Positions 1-12,382 of a stretch of DNA of 64,000 nucleotides are shown here, in pieces. This DNA is from Octopus vulgaris (Eukaryota), in assembly GCA_951406725.2 (NCBI GenBank), contig OX597830.1:59458001-59522000 (forward strand). The letters run 5' to 3'. The notes under the pieces are model-generated. The model worked only from the letters and a program-made list of their open reading frames with translations, was not told the origin of the DNA and did not search any database. The position numbers and the translations under genes are program-made. Numbering within the stretch: position 1 is the stretch's first letter; each line of letters begins with the position of its first letter.

Positions 1-637
1 ATTTGAGAGAATCTTCTTTAAATACATAGTTAAGACAGTGAGGTCGTTGGCTTTAAATAGAAAACAAAACAGAATAAAGGGTTAATACCTGCAGGCTAAA
101 GAATGAAGCGCCTAAGACTTGAGATTAATAACCTCATAGTTTATGCACCTCTGTTGGTATTTTAAATAACATTTATTGATCGTTTTTCAACGAGTTTTAA
201 ATATACAGATACTTTCAGTCAGGGATTGAGTTCATTTTTAACATAAGGCTCTTATCTATTTATGCATTCAACCTGTAGGGGTTTACATTCAAGAAGGTAA
301 ATAATGTTGGTGGTGGTAGTGGTGGTGGTGGTGGTGGTGATGACGAGGAGGAGGAGGAGGAGGAAGTTGATGACAACTAAAATGACAATGATGATAAAGG
401 TGATGATAATGGTAGTGGTGGTGGTGGGGGTAGGGGTGATTGTGCTCATGATGATGTTGAAAGCAGTTAAAACTGAAGAGGAATAATCAAAATGGTTACA
501 ACACAATTATTCAAAAGCTTCACCGGATGGAATCACTAGAACTGTTCCATTAAAGGATGTTGCACCATCAATTTGTGGAAGCGCAGTCAGAATAGAATGA
601 AATAGTCACGCCAGGATGCAGCAGGTTTTGCACTAAT

Positions 638-801
638 AGGTGCAGGTGTGGGTGTGAGGTAAGAAACATGCCTCCCAAATACATGGTTCCAGGTTCACTC
701 CCACTGCATGGCACCTTGGGCAATTGTCTTCTACAACAGCCTGGGACCGACCAAAACCTTGTGAGTGGAAACTGAACGAAGCCAATCGTTTATGTGTGTG
801 T

Positions 802-895
<94 letters not shown>

Positions 896-1188
896 ATGCT
901 TGTGTTTATCCCCCACCACTGCTTGGCAACTGGTATTGGTGTCTTCACACCTCCATAACTTAGCAGTTTGGCAAAAAGAGCCTGACAGGAAAAGTACAGT
1001 GGGAGTGAACCCAGAACCATGTAGCTGGGAGGCATGTTTCCTACCACACTGCTATGCCTGCACCTGTTGGTATAAGACCTGACATACCTTAGTATCAAAA
1101 AATAAGTACTGAGGCCAATTCGTTGGACTAAAAATTCTTCAAAGTTGTCCTCCAGCATGGCCACAGTCTAATGTAACAAGTAAAAAAT
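638..1188 (+). mobile_element. tRNA-derived SINE family A (octopus-type, internal (TG)n) with a nested inverted head fragment at ~995-1066
   Basis: Pol III-like head (ggtgcaggtgtgggtgtgaggtaag...ggttcactcccactgc), ggcaccttgggcaa core, TG microsatellite, tail ccagcatggccacagtc...aagtaaaa. Many copies in the window. Confidence 0.8.
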
Positions 1189-1330
1189 AAATATTGGGCC
1201 CTTGGGTGTTTTTAACAGACTCCACTCTGCTGCAATCATTTGTCAGGTCTCCGGTTCCTTTTCCTCAGCACCTCCTCCCACAAGTCTTAGAGATCCTTAC
1301 TTCCCCCACCCTCAAAAAAACAATCCTTCA

Positions 1331-1792
1331 GGATCTTTTCCGTTTGAACGGCAGTTTTTTTCTAGCGGTGTCATATGAAATTGTCACCCATAATTATGAC
1401 CCTAGTATCGATCTATTGCATTTCTATCTGTTTTAGGGTTAGGGTTAGTTAGGGTTAGTTAGAGTTGGTTAGGGTTAGGGTTAGGGTTAGGGGTGGGAGG
1501 AAGGGTATCTTTTTTTCTTCACAAATGTAAATCAACCCAATCTGTTTCTTAAACGAGGGACATATTCATATGGCACAGAATGCTTTTTACCTCAATAGAC
1601 GTCAGTGTTTGATTGAAATTGCAGAAATTGAAGAAAAAAAAAATAACAAATATCTTACAAACTATAGAATTTTCTCAATAAAGCCAAGAGAAAATGATGT
1701 TTTATAAACACATTCTACCAGTATACGAAGTTTAAAATTTTTTAGTTACCTAGAAATTATGTTAAAAACTGCCGTTCAAACCGAAAAGATCC
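1331..1792. mobile_element. MITE with ~29-bp TIRs, 8-bp TSD and internal TTAGGG tract
   Basis: TIRs GGATCTTTTCCGTTTGAACGGCAGTTTTT / AAAAACTGCCGTTCAAACCGAAAAGATCC; flanks ATCCTTCA (1323-1330) and ATCCTTCC (1793-1800). Confidence 0.85.
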
Positions 1793-1852
1793 ATCCTTCC
1801 TCCTCTGACTAATCAATGTATAGCAAAAAAGATTAAAATATGTTGTTCATAC

Positions 1853-1996
1853 CATTGCATAAAAGTTGAAGAACTTCAACCGAAGAAAGAAAGTAAAACC
1901 TTGGACATAACTGTTGGAAGTGGTCAATTTGTCGAAAGAGAGCTTTATGACATTTCTCAAATGTGTATAAGACACTTTCCAAAAATGGTTGGATCC
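1853..1996 (-). CDS. Dynein exon 24: (W)IQPFLESVLYTFEKCHKALFRQIDHFQQLCPRFYFLSSVEVLQLLCN(G)
   Basis: Acceptor tctgcag, donor gtatga; 144 nt, phase 1-1. Diagnostic PRFYFLS motif. Confidence 0.95.
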
Positions 1997-2139
1997 CTGC
2001 AGATAAAGAAAATAACATTGACATAAAGATTACAAAACAAAACTAGTAAAGACATCATTATCAATTATATTAAATTTCTTTTAACTTCTTTGCTTTACAT
2101 TTTTGGATTTTTCCTGTTGCCATTATTTTACCATACTTT

Positions 2140-2567
2140 TGGCAGAATTGTTAGCATGCCGGTCAGTATGCTTACCAGTATTTCACCCATCACTACGTTC
2201 TGAGTTCAAATTCTGCTGAGGTCAATTTCGCCTTTCATCCTTTCGGGGTCGATTAAATAAGTACCAGTTACACACTGGGGTCGATATAATCGACTTAATC
2301 CCTTTCCCCAAGTTGCTCTGGTGGCAAAAATTTGAAATCATTATTTTACCATACTTTTACCAAGCTGGCAGAATCATTAGCACACCAGGCAAAATGCTTA
2401 GTGGCATTTCGTCCGTCCTTACGTTCTGAGTTCAAATTCTGCCAAGGTCAATTTTGCCTTTCATCCTTTCGGGGTCAGTAAAATAAGTACCAGTTGAGCA
2501 CTCGGGTCCTTATAATTGACTAGTCCCCTCCTCCAAAATTTCAGGCCTTGTGCCTATAGTTGAAAGG
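2140..2567 (+). mobile_element. Two tandem copies of SINE family B (gcctttcatcctttcggggtcgat central domain)
   Basis: Each copy has tggcagaat..ttagca, gagttcaaattc (B box) and the central domain. They are separated and flanked by an 18-bp target repeat. Confidence 0.85.
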
Positions 2568-3023
2568 ATTATTTTACCATACTTTAGCATAAAAGGGGTT
2601 GCGTGGTAAGATGTTTTGGGTTCAGTCTCACTGCATGGTACCTTGAGTAAATGTTCTTCAACTTATAGCCCAGGGTCAACCAAAGCCTTGTGAGTGGATT
2701 TGGTAGATGGAAACTGAAAGAAGCCCATTATATGTGTGTGAGTGTATATGAATATATATGTGTACACTTCAAAGATTGTTGGTTATAATCAGTCAGAGAG
2801 TGACCATAAGGTTTTTAGTTTATAGGTTCTTAGTAATGTATGGAATTTCCACCTCCACTTTATTTACATATGGAATAGGGCCATTTACCTGAAGAGATTA
2901 GTGTTCTGACTGTTCCCCTGCTAATTAGAACTTTAGTCTTTGCTAAGTTAACTTTTAAACCCTTTGATTCTAGGTTTTGTTTTCATACTTGGAATTTTAA
3001 TTCTAATTCTTCTACACTTTCAG

Positions 3024-3064
<41 letters not shown>

Positions 3065-3573
3065 ACACCACACAAATGGCTTCTTTCAGTTTCTTTCCAT
3101 TGCAATTATGGGAACTAATTTAAGTGATTATCATATTAAAGAAATTTTAAAAACATACAAATGAAACTTTTTTTCATTCTTAAATGGTATCAAAAGATTT
3201 TGATAAAACATTATAAAATTCTTCATTATCAGTTAAATAATTAATGGACCTTATTCTTTAACTGATAATTATTTTAATTGAGGTGTTTGTTGTTCTAAGT
3301 GTGAAATTATCTGTCTACCAAATCTGACTCTGGTCAGCCCAGAGTCATAACAGAAGACACTTGCCTAAGATACTCTGCAGTGGGACTGAACCCAAGCTCA
3401 CATGGTCAGGAAGCAACCTTCTCAACCACACAGCCATAGCCACACCAACACACATACATGAAACGAGATGGCGAGGCTATGTTAATGTAGGAGCTCCCCT
3501 TAGGGATCACTTTAACTTTTCTGGCATTTTACCAAGGTCTGGCAATGACCTAATCCAAAGTTGTCAGGTTTAA

Positions 3574-3792
3574 TCCTTTAGTGTTCAGATTTCTCTGTCA
3601 AGTGTAATGTTTGTTTCGTTATATTGTTTGAATTAATCAGGCATTATCTTGTAGTTTAGAGATTTTGATGATGTGATTGTTTAGTTTTAGAATGATATTG
3701 TAGGGTCGGGGCAAGAGGTCTGATTTGGTCAGTTTCAACATAAAACAGGTTAAGTACTTGGGTCACATATGGCTGGTTTATAGGCTAATGGG
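3574..3792. mobile_element. piggyBac-type MITE (TTAA TSD), family also at ~15396-15535, 28952-29377, 44340-44510
   Basis: TTAA at 3570-3573 and 3793-3796; decayed ends (T)CCTTTAG...CTAATGGG; internal sequence shared with the other copies. Confidence 0.75.
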
Positions 3793-3913
3793 TTAAGGGG
3801 ATTTAAGATTGAATCTCTAATCCACATCATCTATTATCATTACATCTTAAAATTCCATTACTGAGTTCCACAAACAAAGATCTATCACAGACAAAGACTT
3901 GAAATATCCTTAC

Positions 3914-4049
3914 ACTTTTTACTGCAGTTCTGCAAAACATTTGGAACTTTTTGAACAGACTTCATCAAACGACAATATTTCAGGTGAGCCTTTCGAAATG
4001 TTTTTGTTTCAACTGGTAACAACTGCTGCACATCATAATTGGAAAATGC
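3914..4049 (-). CDS. Dynein exon 23: AFSNYDVQQLLPVETKTFRKAHLKYCRLMKSVQKVPNVLQNCSKK
   Basis: Acceptor tttaaag, donor gtaagg; 136 nt, phase 0-1. 'F...Di..qLP.E...F' and 'pnvl..c' motifs. Confidence 0.93.
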
Positions 4050-4692
4050 CTTTAAAAAATAATAAAAAAACATTTTGTATATTTTCTTTAGTGATCTCTG
4101 TCAATAGATTGTGGTCATGCTGGGGTACCATCTGAAAGGATTTAGTCAACCATATCAATCCAAGCATTTATTTTATCAAAAGAAACATAACATACACCAC
4201 ACTGATTTCTTGAGTGGACACAAACACAGACACAAACCTAGTCACCCTCACATAGATGTGACACGTGCACCACACCCATTCACCCCTATGTAACTGTCTA
4301 GAGAGCTGTTGCCATACTTTTCATACTAGCCCTTCTAACAAATACTGTTTCAGGTTCTTCCCAAACCAGTGTGTGAAAGCAATTGGTAAAATTAGAGCCA
4401 CTTTTTAGCCACTATTGTTCTCATTTCTGCTCTGATCTGGAGTACCAGCACCTGTCAGGGTCTCAGTTATGGGTTAACTTGCATGTGATGAGATTCCAAC
4501 TGAATGCAGTGACACAGAAATACCCTTGATTAGTGCCAGGATATGCAGTAAAACCACTGAGAGTGAGAGACCCCTGAGCTGTTGTCACAACGTTCTTCTA
4601 AAAGTGGGATGCTTTGATGTAAACTTGGGGTTTCAAGTGATTGATGGTCATTACACTATGGCCTGCCACACGGTATTAATCACGGTATTATT

Positions 4693-4925
4693 AAGGTGGC
4701 GAGCTGGCAGAAACGTTAGCACGCCGGGTGAAATGCTTAGCGGTATTTTGTCTGTCGTTACGTTCTGAGTTCAAATTCCACCGAGGTCGACTTTGCCTTT
4801 CATCCTTTCGTGGTCGATAAATTAAGTACCAGTTACGCACTGGGGTCGATGTAATCGACTTAATACCTATGTCTGTCCTTGTTTGTCCCCTCTGTGTTTA
4901 GCCCCTTGTGGGTAATAAAGAAATA
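4693..4925 (+). mobile_element. SINE family B, near full-length
   Basis: aaggtggcgagctggcagaaacgttagc...gagttcaaattcc...gcctttcatccttt...taataaagaaata; direct repeat ggtattaatcac on both sides. Confidence 0.88.
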
Positions 4926-5862
4926 GGTATTAATCACAGTGACTCAGAGAGTAATACTTGTGTTATACAAATGTTTATCACTGTAATCCAATGACATACA
5001 TATGGAAACCTCATTTGTCACTCCATTTATTGAAAGTCCTACGTCGATGGTAGTGAGGTGACATGTGCATATGTAACCAGTTGGAGGTGCACAGTAAGTT
5101 ACAACTTTCATCTGTGACCTACGCTTTAAATCATGCAGCTCCACAATGGGAATGAATAGTTATCAGAGAGGTCATGGATGGAAAGTCAGAAATGCCATTG
5201 ACAATGATGAAGCACAAGAGACAGTAATAATCTATGAAAATAGAGCAATCACCATCTATGTATGTATGTTTGTAAGTATTTGTAAATGTGTCGTAACACT
5301 ACACATTCTTGATTCTTTCTTAGTAATCTGGAGTGAAAATTTCAGGGTTTTTTTTTGTATCTTATCAAGCCCTTGTGGCTAATAAAGAAACGATTACCAT
5401 TACCATTATTATTATTTGCATTTCATCTTTTTGGGGTCGATAAAATAAATCCCAGTGAAACACTGGGTTCGATGTAATCGACTAGATCCCTCCCACACAA
5501 TTTCAGGCCTTTTGCCTTCAGTAGAAAGGATTATTATTGTTATTACTATTAAGGCAGCAAGCTGGTGGAATCATTCGCACACTGTGCAAAATGCTTAGCA
5601 GTATTTCATCTATGTTTATGCTCTGAGTTCAAATTCTCCCAAGGTCAGCTTTGCCTTTTATCCTTTCAGGGTTGATAAATTAAGTACCAGCTAAATACTG
5701 AGGTCGATATAATCAACTATCTCCCTCCACCAAAATTGCCAGCCTTGTGCCAAAATGTGAAATCGTTGTTGTTGCTGCTGCTGCCGCTGCTACTGCTGCT
5801 ATCCTCTTAGAGTACATGTGCTCTACTCTGCAAGAGACTTTCTACAACTCTAATGAAATGTA

Positions 5863-6140
5863 TTTCGTTTTTGGATTTGGTTTGCAAGATTCTTTATGTG
5901 AGTTTGTGTGTTGAAGCATATTCTGTTGTGTCTAGGGAGAGTCATTTTCTTTTTGTGCCTTATAATTTAACACACTCAACGGTAAAATTTCCACTTATTT
6001 CTTATTTTTATTTTCCTAAAATTTTCGTTGCGTCTTGCAACCTTTTCAAATGAAAATAAGAAATAAGTGGAAATTTTACTGGTGAGTGTGTTAAATCATA
6101 AGTCACAAAAAGAAAATGACTCTCCCCAGACACAACAGAA
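5863..6140. mobile_element. Retroposed insertion with 12-bp TSD and internal ~90-bp inversion (fold-back)
   Basis: TAATGAAATGTA at 5851-5862 and 6141-6152; arms ~5919-6008 and ~6053-6142 are reverse complements. Confidence 0.8.
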
Positions 6141-6358
6141 TAATGAAATGTAGATTTGGTTATAAGTTGGTCTTTATTACTGTAGATTTTTTTCTTACCA
6201 GGAGTTTTAATTTTATTAAATTTTTAATAAGTTTAGAGAACAGTTATCAAGCAATTGTCATGCGTAAACATAGAGAAAAAATACACACAGAATGTGATAT
6301 CATATAACATCAATATATTAATGGTTAATACTTAAAAACGACATTCAGATATTCATAC

Positions 6359-6568
6359 CTCAACGAGCTGGTCCATATAATCTTGTACTTTCTGCCATAA
6401 AACCAATATAGAATCCATTCTAAGAAGCTGGCTGTACCATTTATTTATTTCATCATGTAATGATGAAATATTCTCATTCTGCATGAGCATATACAAGATT
6501 TGTTGGTGATCTGTTAAATCCTTGAGTAACGTGTCTATATTGGCCAACATCAGAACAGTATTTGCTGC
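6359..6568 (-). CDS. Dynein exon 22: AANTVLMLANIDTLLKDLTDHQQILYMLMQNENISSLHDEINKWYSQLLRMDSILVLWQKVQDYMDQLVE
   Basis: Acceptor tatttag, donor gtatga; 210 nt, phase 0-0. 'L.D....L..m', 'W...L' and 'W..VQ' motifs. Confidence 0.93.
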
Positions 6569-6792
6569 CTAAATAAAAGAAATAAGCTTCAGAATTATAT
6601 TACATCAATACTGAAAAGTAATATTTATCCCCACTTAAGAATGGATGTTCTGTTAGAACAAACTATACTGCAGTAGATACCATGAGAGAAACTCCCATAC
6701 TGGTTTTTTGGTCAAAATGCATATTTGTTTATATCGCTAGTGGAGAGACAAATCCCTGCTATCTCCTGTGTCAAGACCACCAGATCATGTGA

Positions 6793-7010
6793 CAGAAACA
6801 TTAGCACACCGGACGAAATGCTTAGCAGTATTTCATCTGCTGTTATGTTCTGAGTTCAAATTCCGCCAAGGTCGACTTTGCCTTTCATCCTTTCGGGGTC
6901 GATTAAATAAGTACCAGTTACACACTGGGGTCGATGTAATCGACTTAATCCCTTCGTTTGTCCTTGTTCGTCCCCTCTGTGTTTAGCCCCTTGTGGGTAA
7001 TAAAGAAATA
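6793..7010 (+). mobile_element. SINE family B
   Basis: Same consensus as 4693-4925; flanked by repeated agatcatgtga. Confidence 0.88.
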
Positions 7011-7599
7011 GATCATGTGATTTTGACTTTGTTTGGTCTTGTCAATGATGGACACCTGACCACTAGAGGCAGCAACGATTCATCTCCTCACCAGCGATAT
7101 ACAGATTGTCATAATTGGCCAGTGAACTTGCTAAAAAACATATATTAGCAACAGAGGTAGTGTTGATATCAAGTGTCTATTGATATGACCAAACAAGGTC
7201 AAAATCACATGATTTGGCGGTGGCAGAGTCATCTTCCTGCAAACAATATCAACAAGAGTGCATTTTGCACAAAAAGCCAGTATGAAAGTTTCTCTCATGG
7301 TATCTACCACAGTATAGTTTGTTCTAATAGAACATCCACGTTTAAGTGGGGATAAATATCGCCTCATGGCATTAATACTGTCTCTATTGCTAATATATAT
7401 TTCTATAAATACAGTACCATGATTTTGTATGAGAGCAGAACACCATGTCCCAGAATATAACCAAAATACTTACATCATACGTAAAACCTCTTAGACTAGT
7501 TATTATCTGGTCTTTGTTTACTGACATCAATACTTTATATTATTTGGAATCAGCATTTAGTGAGGAAAGGTGAGGTTTTGTGTCTTTTTTATTCAATCG

Positions 7600-8893
7600 G
7601 GTTTTCATGACCACACAAACACAAACGTCTCTCTTGCACGCCACATCCAATGCTTCTTATGTCCAACATTTCTCTCAGGGTGCTTACACTCTGTCGTGTG
7701 TGCACACTGACATTACACATCCAGCAGGTCATGCTAGCTTCATTTCTTTCAAGCCTACGCATGTCCTCTGCAGTCATGGCCCATGTTTCACTGCCATGAA
7801 GCATGGCAGTTCACACACATGCATCATACAATCTACCTTTAACTCTGAGCGAGAGGCCCTTTCTCACCAGTAGGGGTAGAAGCTTTCTAAAGTTTGCCCA
7901 GGCTATGCTTATTCTAGTGGTAACACTCTCTGAGCATCCACCCCTACTACTAACTTGTTCCCCTAGGTAGTGGAAGCTATCAACTACTTCTAGTTTCTTC
8001 CCCAGGAGTGTGATGGAATCTGTTTTCTGAGTGTTTATTGCCCCTGTGCATCTGCCACACACAAAAGCTATCTTCCTGGTTAATCTTCCTTTGATGTTGC
8101 TGCACCTCTTATGTGTCCATAACTTTCACTGGGTACATCTTATGGAGTTTCTACCTACACCTTTTCTATAGATTGAGCAGGGCCACCTACCTGGGGGGTT
8201 GTGTGATGAGTTCGCCTTCCTACTTACTAGAACTTTGGTCTTTGCTACATTGACTCTAATGCCTTTTGATTCTGAACCTTGCTTCCACACCCAAAATTTC
8301 TTCTCTAGTTCTGGTAGTGATTCTGCTATGAGGGCCAGGTCATCAGTATAGAGGAGCTCCCAGGGGAAACCCGTCTTGAATTCCTCTTTTATTGTTTGGA
8401 GGACTATGATGAATAAAAGGGGACTGAGGGCTTATCCTTGGTGGACCCCTACTTCTACCTGGAATTCTTCACTATACTCATTGCCAATCCTAACCTTACT
8501 AACGGCTTCTCTGTATAGGGCCTGTACAGCCCTTATTAACCATTCATCAATCCCCAGTTTCCTCATCGCCCACCAGATAAGGGATCGGGGGCCCCTGTCA
8601 AAGGTTTTCTCGAAGTTCACAAAAGCTAAGTATAGGGATTTATCTTTAGCTAGGTAATTCTCCTGCAGTTGTCGAACCAGGAAGATGCACCACCGATGCT
8701 ACATCAGTGGTGCTTCCACCTGGCACAAAACTGAACTGCATCTCATCTAAGCAGATTCTCTCCCTAATGAGATGAACTATGATCATCTCCATGACCTTCA
8801 TCCCCTGATCCAGTAGTTTGATACCCCAGTAGTTATTTCTATCTAGTGCATCACCTTTACCCTTGTAGCAGTTGACTATGGTGCTGCTACACC
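7600..8893 (-). mobile_element. Decayed RTE-clade LINE (reverse transcriptase and 3' part)
   Basis: Fragmented frames YKGKGDALDRNNYWGIKLL, FEKTFDR, VGVHQG, KLEVVDSFHYLG, MLHGSETWAMT. Confidence 0.9.
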
Positions 8894-9099
8894 AATGAGT
8901 GTATATATATGTGTATATATATATATATATTAAAACAGTAAAGGGTTGTGGGAAAGAAACAAAAATGAACCACACCAAGGTCGTGGGCTGAAACCCTGTG
9001 AGTCATTAGGCACCATATGTGACTCAAGTCATCTCCTCATAAGTGCCTTTAATACATTTTAAATAATACTATTAACCCACCTGTTATTCTCTCCTCAAA

Positions 9100-9460
9100 T
9101 ACTCTTTACTTTTTTACTTGTTTCAGTCATTTGACTGCGGCCATGCTGGAGCACCGCCTTTTAGTCGAGCAAATCGACCCCGGGACTTATTCTTTGTAAG
9201 CCCAGTACTTATTCTATCGGTCTCTTTTGCCGAACCGCTAAGTTACGGGGACGTAAACACACCAGCATCGGTTGTCAAGCAATGCTAGGGGGACAAACAT
9301 ACACACACACACACATATATATATATACATACATATATACGACAGGCTTCTTTCAGTTTCCGTCTACCAAATCCACTCACAAGGCATTGGTCGGCCCGGG
9401 GCCATAGCAGAAGACACTTGCCCAAGATGCCACGCAGTGGGACTGAATCCGCAACCATGA
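9100..9460 (-). mobile_element. SINE family A, young 5'-truncated copy
   Basis: CpG-retaining match to family A on the minus strand. Confidence 0.88.
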
Positions 9461-10732
9461 ATATCATCCTATATTACGTCTCTCTCAGTCCAAGAGGATT
9501 TTACCACAAACTTTGTTCATGATATAAAACATTATCATAGAACATTCCATTACACAAGCAGCAACTGTGTTTGAATATCATTTTCAGCACACCTTTGTTT
9601 AGACTAGAAATAAGTGTTGTTGTTTTACAGAAAGTTGATTTGTTGATAAACCTCACCTTTTAAACTTATTTATCTTCTGACTTTACATAGGGTGGACATG
9701 GAAACTAGTTTATATTTTTGACTATATTCTGCTTGTCTGTAAATATCAATTTTCACTTCTATCTTACCATTGACTTGAAGGCTTAATACATTTGGACTGT
9801 ATTCTTTGTTTATCAGGAATTTCAGACTTGATGCTTGGCTGCATTTTCAGTATAGAGGGCTTAAACAAACCCTAAGTTTAAATATTTGATCAAGCTAAAA
9901 GTTAATCAGCCATTCAGAATAAAGATCAGTCATTAGTGTGTAATTAGACTGTTTACAAATGTCAGCTTGTAAATAATAGTGTTTCAGGTAGTTTTATATA
10001 TTTTTTTCCAATTTTGAAAGCATGAAGTCCAGTACATATAAATACAGTCGGGGAATAAACACAAAGGTGTAGATTGTTTACAGGTGATGACTGTATTGCA
10101 AAGTTTAGAAGGTTCTGGTGAAGATCAAAAGGAATGCAATTAAACATATTCAAACATTGACTTGAAGAGAAAATAACGATAGATATGTGGAAAATGGCTC
10201 TCAATAAGCTGACAGCAGTAATTGTCATCATTAGCAGCAGCAGCAGCAGCAGCAGCAGTATCATTCGTATCATCATCATTTTCACTTCTACTTTTCCATG
10301 CTCACAGGGTCAGACAGAATTTTCTGAGGTGCATGTTCTATGGCCAGATGCCCTTCCTGTTGCCAACCTTCACCTGTTTCCAATCAAGATAATATTTCCC
10401 TATGACCAGACATTCTTTCATAGAATATTGGAAATAAAGGACACTATTTGCATGATGGGGACACTTGTTTATGACTATCACATGATGTCAAGACAAGGGG
10501 ACAGTAATACACACACACATAAATATTTATCCAATAGGGCTTCTTTCTGTTTCCATCTACCAAATCCACTCACAAGGTTTGGGCATAACCCAGGGCTATA
10601 GTAGATGACACTTGCCCAAGGTACCACTCAGTGGAACTGAACCCAGAACCATGTGGTTGGGAAGCAAAGTTCTTACCACACAGCCATTGGTGATTCTGTG
10701 TAGTAGTTTCCAGTAAATCTCTTTTAACTGCC

Positions 10733-11143
10733 CCTTGACTGGCTCCCGTTCTGGTGACATGTAAAATGCATCATCCAAATGTGGTCGATGCCAAGTCCAC
10801 CTGACTGGCTCCCATGCTGGTGGCATGTAAAAAGCACCATCCAAACATGGCCAAAGCCAGTACCCTATGACTGGCTCCTGTGCCAGTGGCATGTAAAAAG
10901 CACTATCTGAATGTGATCAATGTCAGGACCACCTGACTGGCTCCCGTGCCAGTGGCGCATGAAAAACACCCACTACACTCTTGGAGTGGTTAGTGTTAGG
11001 AAGGGCATCTAGCAGTAGAAACATTACCAGATCAGATTGGAGCCTGGTGCAGCCACTGGCTCTCCAGACCTCAGTCAAACCGTCCAACCCATGCCAGCAT
11101 GGAAATGGACGTTTAAACGATGATGATGATGATGATGATGATG
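10733..11143 (+). mobile_element. SINE-like family C with ~4 internal ~69-bp tandem units and (GAT)n tail
   Basis: Unit tgactggctcc..tg.ggtggcatgtaaaaagcac..; then ggaagggcatc..gtagaaac...ccatgccagcatggaa...gatgatgat. Confidence 0.82.
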
Positions 11144-11352
11144 AAAATGCATATTTTCATGTGTTTCAGTTGTGAAGCAGTTTTTAATTATCTCCCTCTG
11201 TTGAAAACTGTTAGGGCTAAAGCAATTGCTAAAATACCTAATCTATGAAAATATCAAATTATCTACATTCATCAAGATAGGATATTGCAGAAATTGGTAT
11301 TATTGTCAATAAAGCTTTCGGGCATTCTTTTAATCAGATCATAGAAACTTAC

Positions 11353-11499
11353 CTCAGCATCTTGAAAATTCATTCTTGAAACTGATAAAGAAGACATACT
11401 ATGACAAGAATCAGCTCTGCTGGTAAAAGGAGTGGCTGTGTAATCAGGAGTAGCTGTGTTCTCTGCAACTGCCATAGCACTATCGCTTGACAAATCTAA
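11353..11499 (-). CDS. Dynein exon 21 (Ser/Thr-rich insertion, possible cassette): LDLSSDSAMAVAENTATPDYTATPFTSRADSCHSMSSLSVSRMNFQDAE
   Basis: Acceptor (tta)n-ttag, strong donor gtaagt; 147 nt, phase 0-0, open frame. No recognisable dynein motif. Confidence 0.7.
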
Positions 11500-11500
11500 C

Positions 11501-11588
<88 letters not shown>
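11501..11588. repeat. (TAA)n microsatellite abutting the exon 21 acceptor
   Basis: Perfect TAA run. Confidence 0.97.
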
Positions 11589-11590
<2 letters not shown>

Positions 11591-12004
11591 TGATGATAAT
11601 ATAGAAACATGATAGGGAATTAGTGTAGTGTTTGTAGATAAATGGTCTGGGAGGTAGGAGTTGTTATGTCCAGGATTGAACCTGGCATTTTTAAGCCTGT
11701 ATGACATGTAGGTTTAGGTTTGGAAAGAAAATAAATATAGTTTATTTATTATTTTTTTTTTTACTTGTTTCAGTCATTCAACTGTGGCCATTCTGGGGCA
11801 CCATGTTGAAGTGTTTTAGTTGATCAAATCAACCCAAGTATTTATGCTCGTCTTTTTTTAAAATTAGGTACTTATTCTATCATTTGTTTTGCTGAACTGC
11901 TAAGTTACAAAGATGTAAGCAAACTAATGATGGTTGTCATATGGTGGTGGAGGGTGACAAACACAGACACACATAGACATGAGTGCGTGTTTGTGTGTGC
12001 ATGT

Positions 12005-12069
<65 letters not shown>

Positions 12070-12382
12070 TGTGTGATAGGCTTCCACACAGCTTCTGTAC
12101 ACCAAATTCATTCACAAGGCATTGGTCAGCTCAGGGTCATAACAGAAGACACACTTGCCTGAGGTCCTGCACTGTGGGACTGACCCCATAAATCTCAAAC
12201 CACATAGCTGCAAAGTGAGTTCCTTAGCCAATAAATCTATTATTATGATGAGTGGTGGTGGGGTGACTATAGAATGGAGATAGAAGTATAGAGTGGTGAT
12301 AGTAGTTAGAGAAAGGTCAGAGGGTTAATATAGTATGGAGGTGTAGGCAGTATAAGAGTTGTAGCAGCAGAGAGTCATGTCT

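Noticed and set aside
724-1164. Track ORFs rich in CV/HT, YI, poly-H/D/S/L (also at ~27000, 29340-30024, 34103-34517, 50451-50714)
   Set aside because: These are translations of di- and trinucleotide microsatellites and SINE bodies, not genes.
1433-1492. TTAGGG run as a true telomere or chromosome-fusion scar
   Set aside because: It is short, degenerate and enclosed by the TIRs and TSD of a MITE inside an intron.
9768-9871. Open minus frame GLFKPSILKMQPSIKSEIPDKQRIQSKCIKPSSQ with a gtaaga donor, a candidate extra exon
   Set aside because: It ends in phase 2 while the next exon starts in phase 0, and exons 21 and 22 already join in frame.
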